Part shown: one piece after another, positions 48,178 through 56,735 of the stretch
Layout: each line of letters begins with the position of its first letter
How positions within the stretch are numbered: the stretch's first letter is position 1
From: Sideroxydans sp.
GTDB taxonomy: Bacteria > Pseudomonadota > Gammaproteobacteria > Burkholderiales > Gallionellaceae
Length of the DNA: 64,000 nt
Assembly: GCA_013140695.1 (NCBI GenBank)
Contig: JABFSI010000007.1
Location: 15,560 to 79,559, forward strand
Direction: 5' to 3'
The notes under the pieces: model-generated
What the model was told of the DNA's origin: nothing
The model's input: only the letters and a program-made list of their open reading frames with translations
Databases searched by the model: none
Position numbers and translations under genes: made by a program

Positions 48178-48363
48178 CTAAGCCAGCAAACAATCAACTT
48201 CTGCTTCTGCGGCCAGCCAGCTCTCCAAATCACAACCTGAAATAAACCCCTTACTTTCGGCGATGTTATAGGCAGCAACCTCAATATAGTGCTGACGTTG
48301 CTCTTCTGTCAGCGTGGCATCGCCATTAGTTTTGGTATTAGTACTTATTCTTTTCTCCTTCAT
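48178..48363 (-). CDS. DUF2934-like small protein
   Basis: EEQRQHYIEVAAYNIAESKGFISGCDLESWLAAEAEVD. The ancestral ATG appears changed to ATA; the track start overlaps the old Shine-Dalgarno. Confidence 0.65.
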   Translation of the reverse strand: MKEKRISTNTKTNGDATLTEEQRQHYIEVAAYNIAESKGFISGCDLESWLAAEAEVDCLLA

Positions 48364-48440
48364 ATAAAAAATTACAGTTCGTCGTAGCCCTTGTTTTTCA
48401 CCTATATTAAGTTTCAGCCATAGTCTTGTCCCCTACATGA
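48364..48440 (-). repeat. Promoter/leader cassette shared by two DUF2934-like genes (copy A)
   Basis: Minus strand: GGGACA-17 nt-TAATAT, then a leader ending in AAGGAG. Aligns with 49231..49320. Confidence 0.4.
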
Positions 48441-48572
48441 GATGCACTCATGGTGCTGAGTGTGCTTGTATCGCACAACCGCTATTTCAAGCGGCCTACT
48501 AGCGCTTCACGATCATCATCCTTCGTATTGCCATTACAGTACCCATGGTAAAAGCTGTGTGCTGCACACAAA

Positions 48573-48983
48573 TCAATCTTCCATTGCTATCGCTTCGATA
48601 AGTTGGCACACAGCTTCTCCATCCGGCATGCCATCGGGCATATTCACCCATAGTGCTACCGCATGCTCCATGCGTACCTGTAATTTCTCCAAATCCTGCA
48701 GCTTGCAGCGTGTCTCTTGAAGATGCTGATCCATGAGTTTTCGCACCTGCGGACAAGGAGAGTGTCCATGGCTGCTTTCATTCAAAATATCGCTGACATT
48801 TCCCACGCTGAACCCCAGCAGACGCGCCTTGCGGATAAACAATAGACGTACAAGATCACCGCTGCTATAGCAGTTATAGCCGTTACTTTCATCGCGCATT
48901 GGGACAAGCAAGCCACAGCGTGTATAGTGACGCACGGTGTCCGCAGTTACCCCTGCACGTCTGGCGAGTTCTGAAACTGTCAT
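48573..48983 (-). CDS. MerR-family metal-responsive regulator (copy 1)
   Basis: N-terminal HTH VSELARRAGVTADTVRHYTRCGLL, coiled-coil, conserved Cys77 (SPCPQVR) and Cys126 (CQLIEAI). Confidence 0.85.
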   Translation of the reverse strand: MTVSELARRAGVTADTVRHYTRCGLLVPMRDESNGYNCYSSGDLVRLLFIRKARLLGFSVGNVSDILNESSHGHSPCPQVRKLMDQHLQETRCKLQDLEKLQVRMEHAVALWVNMPDGMPDGEAVCQLIEAIAMED

Positions 48984-49026
48984 AGATTCTCCTTGTTCAA
49001 GTAGAAGTATTCTTAACGAATTGCTG

Positions 49027-49230
49027 CTAGAGCTTACCTTCAGCCATCAATCGATCTATTTCTGCTTCTGCGGCTAACCAGTTCTCCAAATCACAACCGC
49101 CGGTGAATCCTTTACTTTCAGCGATGTTATAGGCAGCAATCTCAATATAATGCTGACGTTGCTCGTCAGTCACCTTAATATCACTATTAGCTTTGATGTC
49201 CTTGGCATTTGTGTCGATATTGTTACTCAT
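49027..49230 (-). CDS. DUF2934-like small protein
   Basis: DEQRQHYIEIAAYNIAESKGFTGGCDLENWLAAEAEIDRL. AAGGAGA lies 6 nt before the ATG. Confidence 0.7.
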   Translation of the reverse strand: MSNNIDTNAKDIKANSDIKVTDEQRQHYIEIAAYNIAESKGFTGGCDLENWLAAEAEIDRLMAEGKL

Positions 49231-49320
49231 GATCTGTCTCCTTCGTATAAAAAATTACTGCTCGTCTATTCATTGTTTTCACTTCTATTAAATTTCAGCC
49301 ATAGTCTTGTCCCTTTCATG
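49231..49320 (-). repeat. Promoter/leader cassette shared by two DUF2934-like genes (copy B)
   Basis: gggacaagactatggctgaaatttaatagaagtgaaaaca.. aligns with 48364..48440. Confidence 0.4.
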
Positions 49321-49425
49321 TAGGGTAATTGTTCAGCCTTGCGCGCCCTTACCAAGGCATATTCAAAGCGCTGTCTTTCATCCATACATCGATTGAAACC
49401 GACCTTATGTCCAAAAATAGGATTC

Positions 49426-51120
49426 TCATCGGATGTACGCCTCTGTCGCGTAGCGGTGCATCATGCGATGACTGTTGAAGTAGGAAGAATTCTTACTAAT
49501 AGCGCCTTTCATCACTTTGATCCAGCTGCTACGGTCATTGCTGTAATAGAGAGGGAACACTACCTGCTCAAGCTTGTCGTATAATTCGTGTCCGTCGTTT
49601 TCGGCTCTTCCTGCTGCATCACTAATCGCCCAGCCAGTCACGCCCTCAATACAGCCTTCGATCCACCAGCCATCAAGAACCGAGAGGCTGGGTACGCCAT
49701 TGAGCGCGGCTTTCATGCCGCTGGTGCCAGAAGCTTCGAGCGGCGGCAATGGTGTATTGAGCCACACATCTACTCCCGCAGTCAGTAGCTGAGCCAGTTC
49801 AATATTGTAGTCAGGCAGATAGGCCACCCGAATTGCACCAGCCAAGTCGTGGGCATGCGCATACAATTGCTCAATCAGGTGTTTGCCATTTTCGTCGTGC
49901 GCATGCGCCTTGCCAGCAAGTACGATCTGGAACGGGTGTTGGCGGGCGATTGTTTTCAGTCTCTCAATATCAGAGAACAGCAAATCCGGACGTTTATAGG
50001 CGGTCATACGCCGCGCGAAACCAATAATTGGCAGTTTCGGATCCAGCAAGACTCCAGTGAGAGTTTGTACTTTCTCGATGAGATGCTGCTTTGCCTGAAC
50101 ATGCGATTCCCAGATCGCCGCATCGGGAATGCAACAATCGGCACGCATCAGCAACTGGGGTTCATGGCACCAGCCGGGAATATAATGATTATATAACTGG
50201 CGAAAACTTTCTGCCGTCCAAGTGAATGGATGTACGCCGTTGGTAATGGCATGTACTCGATAACCGGGAAACATCGCATTCGACACCTCAGCATGTTTTT
50301 TGGCAACACCGTTGACATATTCACTCAAATTCAAGGCCAGCCGCGTCATATTCAGGCTATCTTCACCGGCCAGATGCTTGATACTTTCGATATCGAAGTC
50401 ATTGTCAAGCACCCTCTGCACCGTATCGTAGGCAAAGCGATCATGACCGGCTTCGATCGGGGTGTGTGTAGTGAAGCTGCATAGGTCACGTACTCTGGGG
50501 AGGTCGTAAAGTGACTCACCCGGCCTGACATCCTCGGTTGGGTAGGTGTACCGGCGTAGCAACTCCAGCCCAAGCAGTGCGGAGTGTCCCTCATTCATGT
50601 GGTAGTGACGGACGTTAAAGCCGAGTGCTTGCAGCAATCGAACGCCACCGATCCCGAGCACAATCTCCTGCTTGAGCCGGTAGACTGTATCTCCACCGTA
50701 TAAATAATGCGTAATTTCACGGTCCTCAGGGTGATTCTCATTCAGATCGGTATCGAGCAACAGCACCGGCTGGCGCCCACCCATGTGACCCTCTACCACG
50801 TATAACCAGGCGCCGACCCATACAGTGCGCCCCTCGATTGGCACTGCAATCTTGGCGTCAAGCGCACGCGTCCAGCGCTCCGGCTCCCAGAAGACCGCCT
50901 GCTCAATCTGCCGGCCTTGGGCATCAATCTGTTGATGAAAATAACCGGCACGGCTTACCAGGCTCACCGCCACTATGGGTATCATGAGGTCAACCGCAGA
51001 CCGTACTGTATCACCAGCAAGCACGCCAAGGCCACCGGCATAAGTCGGAATTTCATTGCGTAGCGCAATCTCCATGGAGAAATATGCAACGCGAGGTTCG
51101 TGGATGAATTCGTCTAGCAT
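49426..51120 (-). CDS. glgP: Alpha-glucan (glycogen/maltodextrin) phosphorylase, short GT35 type
   Basis: Start set at MLDEFIHEP, preceded by GAGAGG. YFSMEIAL..IPTYAGGLGVLAGD, TTHTP, EASGTSGMKAALNG (PLP Lys). Confidence 0.85.
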   Translation of the reverse strand: MLDEFIHEPRVAYFSMEIALRNEIPTYAGGLGVLAGDTVRSAVDLMIPIVAVSLVSRAGYFHQQIDAQGRQIEQAVFWEPERWTRALDAKIAVPIEGRTVWVGAWLYVVEGHMGGRQPVLLLDTDLNENHPEDREITHYLYGGDTVYRLKQEIVLGIGGVRLLQALGFNVRHYHMNEGHSALLGLELLRRYTYPTEDVRPGESLYDLPRVRDLCSFTTHTPIEAGHDRFAYDTVQRVLDNDFDIESIKHLAGEDSLNMTRLALNLSEYVNGVAKKHAEVSNAMFPGYRVHAITNGVHPFTWTAESFRQLYNHYIPGWCHEPQLLMRADCCIPDAAIWESHVQAKQHLIEKVQTLTGVLLDPKLPIIGFARRMTAYKRPDLLFSDIERLKTIARQHPFQIVLAGKAHAHDENGKHLIEQLYAHAHDLAGAIRVAYLPDYNIELAQLLTAGVDVWLNTPLPPLEASGTSGMKAALNGVPSLSVLDGWWIEGCIEGVTGWAISDAAGRAENDGHELYDKLEQVVFPLYYSNDRSSWIKVMKGAISKNSSYFNSHRMMHRYATEAYIR

Positions 51121-51322
51121 AATTGCCCTCTCATTTTGTGGATTCGGTCGCTTGATAGGATGCGAGACAAGCCGCCGTGCACTCATTCACTGTCACCCTG
51201 CATATCGGTCGTGCCATGATCTTTCTTAGCTTAATCCTTTGTGTTACACCTAAGTCAATCCAGAATCTGTCATTACATTTCCCTTCGGATCAACAGCATC
51301 GTCTTATGCACAAAATAGCCCA

Positions 51323-51985
51323 TTAAGCGTTTCCCTCTATCGGTTTACCACTTCCAGCGCGAGAATTTCCGAACAGGAAGTGCAGATAAATGACTGCGCT
51401 TAAAATTGCGGCAAAAAAGCACCATACGGAAAAAAAGGCTACGGTATAGAACCAGTAGGCCACCATAGAAAGCAGCAATGCCAGAGCACCAAAAACCTTG
51501 ATCAACTTGTGGCTCGAAAAAAAAGAACCGACACATGTGGCCGCAAGATAGAGCGCCATCACCGGAACCTGATAAAAATGCGGTGAAACATACACCATGT
51601 TTTCATTAACTTCAGAAGTGACGGGGAATCTGACAATCCAGTAAAGCAGGTACAAGCCGACCGCGATCCCGATGAACTGGAATACTGATATCACCTTTCT
51701 GCGCCAGGCCACGGTTTCCACCAATCCAATGGAAAATGGCACAAATATTGGCCACAGCACATGCGAAAACAGCGTAAACGCATAGGTCATAGTCACGTTG
51801 AGCAACGAAGCATCAAAGCGGAATGACAGCCATAGCATGCCCTCAATGATTTGCTGAACCCCGAACAAAAGCGGGATCATCGCAAAAGGAATCTCTGCCT
51901 TACGTTCCGCTTTTTTCAGAGTTGCCACACCGAGTGTGGACAATGAAACTCCGGCTATAAAACTTGCTGTTGCTGAAAAACACAT
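51323..51985 (-). CDS. Multi-pass membrane protein of unknown function (recalls DUF6629, from memory)
   Basis: 220 aa, about 7 TM, starts MCFSATASFIAGVSL. Confidence 0.55.
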   Translation of the reverse strand: MCFSATASFIAGVSLSTLGVATLKKAERKAEIPFAMIPLLFGVQQIIEGMLWLSFRFDASLLNVTMTYAFTLFSHVLWPIFVPFSIGLVETVAWRRKVISVFQFIGIAVGLYLLYWIVRFPVTSEVNENMVYVSPHFYQVPVMALYLAATCVGSFFSSHKLIKVFGALALLLSMVAYWFYTVAFFSVWCFFAAILSAVIYLHFLFGNSRAGSGKPIEGNA

Positions 51986-52083
51986 AGAACTTAGCTCCTT
52001 TTATCCTAAACCGGATCGGCCCTACGCACTTGGCCGTGATACTTCCCGACATCTGGTGAGTCTTTGCGCATTGATCAACATGG

Positions 52084-53406
52084 CTAACAATAAATATCGC
52101 GCCGCGTGAACGGGACCGGGCTGGAAAATGGTTTACGCTTGGAAACCAAAATTTGATATATCCCGGTATTCCCTTCTTCAAATTGCATGGCGCAAGCTGC
52201 CATATACAGCCGCCAGACACGATAGACGGGTTCGGTCACATAGTTCAGCGCTTCTTCGTGCCCCACTTCGAGTCGTTTTACCCACTCGCGTAGCGTCAGT
52301 GCGTAGTGCTGCCTTAGGTCTTCAACATCGTGAATCTCAAAACCGCCATCTTCCATGAGAGCTTGAACCGTGCTGACAGTCTCAAGCTGACCATCAGGGA
52401 ACACATAGCGATTGATGAATTCGGTCGAAACAGTCTTCTTCCAACCGCCTTCATCACTGGTGATGCCGTGGTTGAGGAACAGTCCGCCGGGCTTCAACAT
52501 GCGATTGGCAATGGCAAAATAGGTTGGCAAATTCTTCAAGCCTACGTGCTCGAACATCCCCACACTCACCAGCTTGTCATACTTGGCCTCGCCCTGGAGA
52601 TCGCGGTAATCCAGAAGTTCGACGGAAACCTGCTCTTCGAGCCCGCGGGACTTAATCGTTCGTTGCGCATGCTCGTACTGATTCTGACTTAACGTAATGC
52701 CATGCGCAATGACGCCGTAATGTTCCGCAGCCCAGCAGACCAGCGCACCCCAGCCGCAACCGATGTCGAGCAGTCGCTCGCCGGGTTTTAGCCGCAGTTT
52801 GCGGCAAATATGATCAAGTTTGTTACGTTGCGCTCGTTCTAGGCTTTGGCTGGCATCCTCGTAATAGGCGCAGGAGTAGACCATCTGTTCATCCAGCCAC
52901 AGCGCATAGAAATCGTTGGAAACGTCATAATGAAAGGAAATGGAATGGCGGTTGAGTTTCTTGCTGGATTTGATCCCGAGCTTTTGTCCTAGGGTTTTTC
53001 TCCATTGCGGCGTGGTGTCGACGATTGATAAGGTTTTGTCTGGCTTAACCCTGAGTGCCTTGGCCACCAGAGCAGCCTTGTCCAGCAGGGATAGTTGCAA
53101 CGAAGTCAGGTAGTGACGCAATTTGATGGCACTATAAAAGTCGCCATCCACATCGACAAGCCCTTGAAAATAAAACTCCGCGAAATGTAGCGGATCGCGC
53201 GACAGGATTAGAGCCTGGAAAGCCTTTGAACAGCGGAAGGTCAGCGAAAACTCTGGGTGACCATGACCAAGATGGATTTTGGAACCGTCCCAAAGGCATA
53301 TGTGAATATTGCCATCATAATCCCGAAAAAGGCGATACAGGATATGTTTGGCCAGGTCAGCGCCAAACATTGCCGACTGCACAATCATTTCTGAAGAATT
53401 TTTCAT
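52084..53406 (-). CDS. cfa: Cyclopropane-fatty-acyl-phospholipid synthase family SAM-dependent methyltransferase
   Basis: HYDVSNDFYALWLD, LLDIGCGWGAL (SAM motif I), VSVGMFEHVG, YMAACAMQFE. Confidence 0.85.
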   Translation of the reverse strand: MKNSSEMIVQSAMFGADLAKHILYRLFRDYDGNIHICLWDGSKIHLGHGHPEFSLTFRCSKAFQALILSRDPLHFAEFYFQGLVDVDGDFYSAIKLRHYLTSLQLSLLDKAALVAKALRVKPDKTLSIVDTTPQWRKTLGQKLGIKSSKKLNRHSISFHYDVSNDFYALWLDEQMVYSCAYYEDASQSLERAQRNKLDHICRKLRLKPGERLLDIGCGWGALVCWAAEHYGVIAHGITLSQNQYEHAQRTIKSRGLEEQVSVELLDYRDLQGEAKYDKLVSVGMFEHVGLKNLPTYFAIANRMLKPGGLFLNHGITSDEGGWKKTVSTEFINRYVFPDGQLETVSTVQALMEDGGFEIHDVEDLRQHYALTLREWVKRLEVGHEEALNYVTEPVYRVWRLYMAACAMQFEEGNTGIYQILVSKRKPFSSPVPFTRRDIYC

Positions 53407-53444
53407 TTACCAACACCCTTCTCAATTACCTACCCGCTCAATTG

Positions 53445-53541
53445 TTTAACTTCAGCCGTTCGATATCGATCTATTTCAATTTCACAGCCAGTCATTAACA
53501 TACATTTTTATCTTAAAGCCCATGTGCAACACATAAGTCAA
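53445..53541 (-). promoter_or_regulatory. MerR-type promoter plus conserved leader block in front of the cfa-like gene (twin of 5716..5805)
   Basis: Minus strand: TTGACT (53541..53536), 19-nt spacer tatgtgttgcacatgggct with the dyad ATGTG-ttg-CACAT, then TTAAGA/TAAGAT. 28-nt block at 53445..53472. The -35 begins 4 nt after the merR stop. Confidence 0.5.
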
Positions 53542-53544
53542 GCA

Positions 53545-53952
53545 TTACATGCCTTCTATCACTTCAATAAGATTGCATAACGTACTATCATCAGTCGCCT
53601 CATCTGGCATTCTCTGCCACAGCGCAAATGCACTTTCCATCCTGCGCTGTAAAACAGTCAGATTTTCCAAAGCGCGGCTGTTTTCTTCGATACGTCTTTT
53701 GATAATTTCCCTTACCTTGGGACAAGGCGATTTACCCTGACGGCGGGTTTCAAAAATTTCGCCAATTTCTGCCAGGGTAAATCCCAGTCCTCGGGCATGA
53801 CGGATAAACCGCACGCACTTCACATCGGCCGGACTGTACTGCTTATAATTGTTGATTGGATTACGAAGCGGCTTTAGTAAACCAATCCGAGTGTAGTAAC
53901 GGATAACTTCTGAAGCGAGTCCCGTCTGCCTAGCCAGTTCAACAACAATCAT
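53545..53952 (-). CDS. MerR-family metal-responsive regulator (copy 2)
   Basis: VVELARQTGLASEVIRYYTRIGLL HTH, Cys77 (SPCPKVR), Cys126 (CNLIEVI). Confidence 0.85.
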   Translation of the reverse strand: MIVVELARQTGLASEVIRYYTRIGLLKPLRNPINNYKQYSPADVKCVRFIRHARGLGFTLAEIGEIFETRRQGKSPCPKVREIIKRRIEENSRALENLTVLQRRMESAFALWQRMPDEATDDSTLCNLIEVIEGM

Positions 53953-54003
53953 TTCTTCTCCTAAGTAATTTCATCGCAACCTCTACCAAGCGCATAAGTC
54001 TCG

Positions 54004-54708
54004 TTAATGTTGCGTCGGGGTGAGTCGCCGCCACATGAGATGCTCATATACGCCGGACCAATAAAGGCCAAAGGTAAAGGCGAACAGCAACTCTTCCAGC
54101 GGGATGCCGAGCAACAGAATTCCGGTGAGCGTCGGCAGGTTCCACACACGCTCGACATAACCGGGGGCGCTCGCTATCAGCGCGATGAAGAAGACGAAGT
54201 AGTAAGCGAGAAACAGCAGGCCGCCAATCCAGGTCTTGGTTTTCAGGTCGGGCCGGCAGGCCATGGTGGCAATTGCTCCCGCCGCCATCGCGGCAATGGA
54301 AGGATAGATCGGATTCCACGGCAGGAAATAAAGCGCCAGAAAAACGATGACTGGCGAGATGAGAGCTTTGTAATGATGGCGGTGCAAGGGTGCGCGTTTT
54401 TCCGGTTCCGGTACGGCTATATCGTTGCGGTGAGCGAGGATAGAATAGAGCACAGAACCTACGCCGCTTATGCCGAAGACGAAGATCAGGCTTTCCAGGT
54501 CGAAGCCGGTTCTCTGCGCCAGGTCAAAAAGCGTAGGAGGATTCCAGTACTCGGGAACGAACAGCGGTTCGGTCAGACCGAAAGGAGTGGTTACCAGGCT
54601 GACGTGCCACATAGTCTTGCGATGGGCTGGAAAAACAATAAACAGCGCAACCCAGGGAATCAAGAATAACGATGCCCATACAAGCCAGACATATTGAAAT
54701 GGAATCAT
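54004..54708 (-). CDS. Lycopene-cyclase-domain membrane protein
   Basis: Start set at MIPFQYVW, preceded by GGAGAG. 7 TM with TEPLFVPEYW and GIPLEELLFAFTFG (PxEE-type motifs of CrtYc/d-like domains). Confidence 0.55.
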   Translation of the reverse strand: MIPFQYVWLVWASLFLIPWVALFIVFPAHRKTMWHVSLVTTPFGLTEPLFVPEYWNPPTLFDLAQRTGFDLESLIFVFGISGVGSVLYSILAHRNDIAVPEPEKRAPLHRHHYKALISPVIVFLALYFLPWNPIYPSIAAMAAGAIATMACRPDLKTKTWIGGLLFLAYYFVFFIALIASAPGYVERVWNLPTLTGILLLGIPLEELLFAFTFGLYWSGVYEHLMWRRLTPTQH

Positions 54709-54820
54709 GCAGGCTCTCCGACGTGAGAACAAAAAAAAGTGGCGGCAACCTGCCGGATTGATCTTCCCTCGGGGCGTGAACAAAGTGTCAAAAAGTGCAT
54801 CCCGAATATCCTTTCTGACA

Positions 54821-55474
54821 TTACGTCGGCAGATCTGTTTGCTTGTTGAATTTCGGCCAGAATGCCGGTGTTTTGGCGGCATAGTGCCGGTATTCCTCGC
54901 CAAATTCGGCTATTGCATCCTGCTCCTCGCGTCTCGCAAGCCGCAGATACATGAACACCAAGACAGGAAACATCACTAATGTAATAAGTGTGGGCCACTG
55001 CAACAGGAAGCCGGTCATGATCAGGACAAAGCCGACATACTGCGGATGCCGCATACTCGCATAGAGCTCGGTAGTTGCAAGCCTATGCTGGCTTTGAGCC
55101 TGGTACAGCACGCGCCACGCCGATGACACCATGATGAACCCGCCAAATATCAGAATATTGCTCAGCATATGAAACGGACCGAAGTGCGGATTGGAGCGCC
55201 AACCGAAAATAATTTCAAGCAGATGTCCCGCATCGTGTGACAGAAAATTGATATCCGGGAACTGCTTTGATAGCCACGGAAACAACAGATAAATCGTCAG
55301 TGGGAAGCCGTACATTTCGGTGAACAACGCTATAAGGAAGGCAGAGAAGGCGCCGAACGAGCGCCAGTCGCGCGGGGTTTTAGGCTTGGTGAAGCTGAAT
55401 GCAAAAATGATGAAAACCAGCGAATTGATGATCACAAGGGACCAAAGGCCATAGGCCGGGGTTGCGTCGGTCAT
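54821..55474 (-). CDS. ICMT-family membrane methyltransferase (copy 3 of 3)
   Basis: LYASMRHPQYVGFVLIMTGFLLQWPT and REEQDAIAEFGEEYRHYAAKTPAFWPKF. Confidence 0.75.
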   Translation of the reverse strand: MTDATPAYGLWSLVIINSLVFIIFAFSFTKPKTPRDWRSFGAFSAFLIALFTEMYGFPLTIYLLFPWLSKQFPDINFLSHDAGHLLEIIFGWRSNPHFGPFHMLSNILIFGGFIMVSSAWRVLYQAQSQHRLATTELYASMRHPQYVGFVLIMTGFLLQWPTLITLVMFPVLVFMYLRLARREEQDAIAEFGEEYRHYAAKTPAFWPKFNKQTDLPT

Positions 55475-55476
55475 GA

Positions 55477-55740
55477 TTACTCCTTTTTATCTTGTTCGTT
55501 GTTGTTAGGATCTGCCTTGTGATCGCCATGCCCACCATGGAACGAATGCAACAGCGGGCAAGCCAGCAGCAATAGAAAAGGCAAAAAACCAAACAGATGA
55601 GCACGGTGCTCGGTAAACAGGAAAAAACCTGCCACGATCAGAAAACCAATCAAGGCCAGCTTTTGCTTCGAGACACCAGATACTTTTTGATGATGTTCGT
55701 GTTCATGCGTCGTCATATCATTTCTCCTATCGGCCAGCAC
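55477..55740 (-). CDS. DUF2933-type His-rich small membrane protein
   Basis: HEHEHHQK N-terminus, two TMs, LLLACPLLHSFHGGHGDH. Confidence 0.7.
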   Translation of the reverse strand: MLADRRNDMTTHEHEHHQKVSGVSKQKLALIGFLIVAGFFLFTEHRAHLFGFLPFLLLLACPLLHSFHGGHGDHKADPNNNEQDKKE

Positions 55741-55763
55741 ACTGCGCCAGCCAGTTATTGTTA

Positions 55764-56231
55764 TCAGTTTGCTGGCAAACGGTATTCAAATTCGGTTTTC
55801 GTTGTACCTCCCTTTCCAGGGCGTGTAATGCGAAGCTCAATGCGGAAAGGGCCACTACCTATCATGTTAAAGTAATTCCCATAGCTCATCGTGCCATTGA
55901 TTTGCATCGGTTCGAGCAGCTTCTGCTGATGCGCCAAACCGAGCGGTATCACCACGGCCTCGACCTTCGCGTCATTGATCCGCTGCGTAATTTTGTTGTC
56001 GTACAACGTCACAACAAGATGATGCGTTCCACTAGGCAAAACGCTCTTGCCGTGCATATCGCTTTCAACATGTTTCTGCGGATGGCTCTTCACAACATTG
56101 GCCGGTACTACCCCGTAGTAAATATCCATACCGTTCACTAGGTGGTGCTGATCGATGCCGTTGGCCAATGATGCAGCTACAGTGAGCACCAAAGCTATCC
56201 CCAAAGAATATCTGTAAATTTTACTGATCAT
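55764..56231 (-). CDS. Secreted protein of unknown function, paralog of 2225..2746
   Basis: Signal peptide. IYYGVVPANVVKSHPQKHVESDMHG ... HHLVVTLYDNKITQRINDAKVEAVV ... KLLEPMQINGTMSYGNYF. Confidence 0.6.
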   Translation of the reverse strand: MISKIYRYSLGIALVLTVAASLANGIDQHHLVNGMDIYYGVVPANVVKSHPQKHVESDMHGKSVLPSGTHHLVVTLYDNKITQRINDAKVEAVVIPLGLAHQQKLLEPMQINGTMSYGNYFNMIGSGPFRIELRITRPGKGGTTKTEFEYRLPAN

Positions 56232-56245
56232 GATGACTGACTCCT

Positions 56246-56677
56246 TTATTCCACCGAAAACACCGTAAGGGTTTCTCCATCTTTAGGTATGTTGTAAACC
56301 GCCAAGGTGCCCTTCTTCACCTCACCCATCCCCGGTGAATTCATCGGCATGCCTGGTACGCTAATACCAGTGATGGCGGGCTTCTCCTTGAGCAGTTTGT
56401 TAATAGCACTCACCGGAACGTGCCCCTCGACCACATAGCCATTGATTAGTGCTGTATGGCAACTGGCAACACGCGCCACGCCGTAACGTTTTTTGACGTT
56501 ATCCATATCGTTTTGATCGATGGCCTTGACCACAAAGCCATTCTCTCTCAAATAATCAACGTACTTCTTGCAACAACCGCAAGTCGGGCTTTTATAAACA
56601 GTAACGGCCTGTCCGGCGAGTGCAACAGCCGAGTTCAATGTCAGCGCAACCGCACAAATACGTATCCATAACTTCAT
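56246..56677 (-). CDS. DUF411 (CopG-like) periplasmic metal-binding protein
   Basis: Start set at MKLWIRIC, preceded by AAGGAGA. CGCCKKY, ASCHTALINGYVVEGHVP, GMPMNSPGMG. Confidence 0.8.
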   Translation of the reverse strand: MKLWIRICAVALTLNSAVALAGQAVTVYKSPTCGCCKKYVDYLRENGFVVKAIDQNDMDNVKKRYGVARVASCHTALINGYVVEGHVPVSAINKLLKEKPAITGISVPGMPMNSPGMGEVKKGTLAVYNIPKDGETLTVFSVE

Positions 56678-56735
56678 GGTTTTTCTCCTTGTCAAAATAT
56701 CAGTGGGCATGCCTATCATGGGAATATTTAGAGGC

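Noticed and set aside
48395-48440. Sigma54-type promoter in the DUF2934 cassette (ctatggctgaaactt)
   Set aside because: The GG is present, but the GC at the -12 position is missing at the required spacing. A sigma70-like GGGACA-17-TAATAT fits better.
54709-54903. N-terminal extensions of track ORFs (here 65 extra codons; also 33484..33666, 33786..33968, 44616..44816, 25508..25552, 51121..51186, 56678..56719)
   Set aside because: The track uses the farthest upstream ATG/GTG/TTG. The extensions are Arg-rich, overlap the preceding gene, and internal Met codons have proper Shine-Dalgarno sequences or ATGA coupling.
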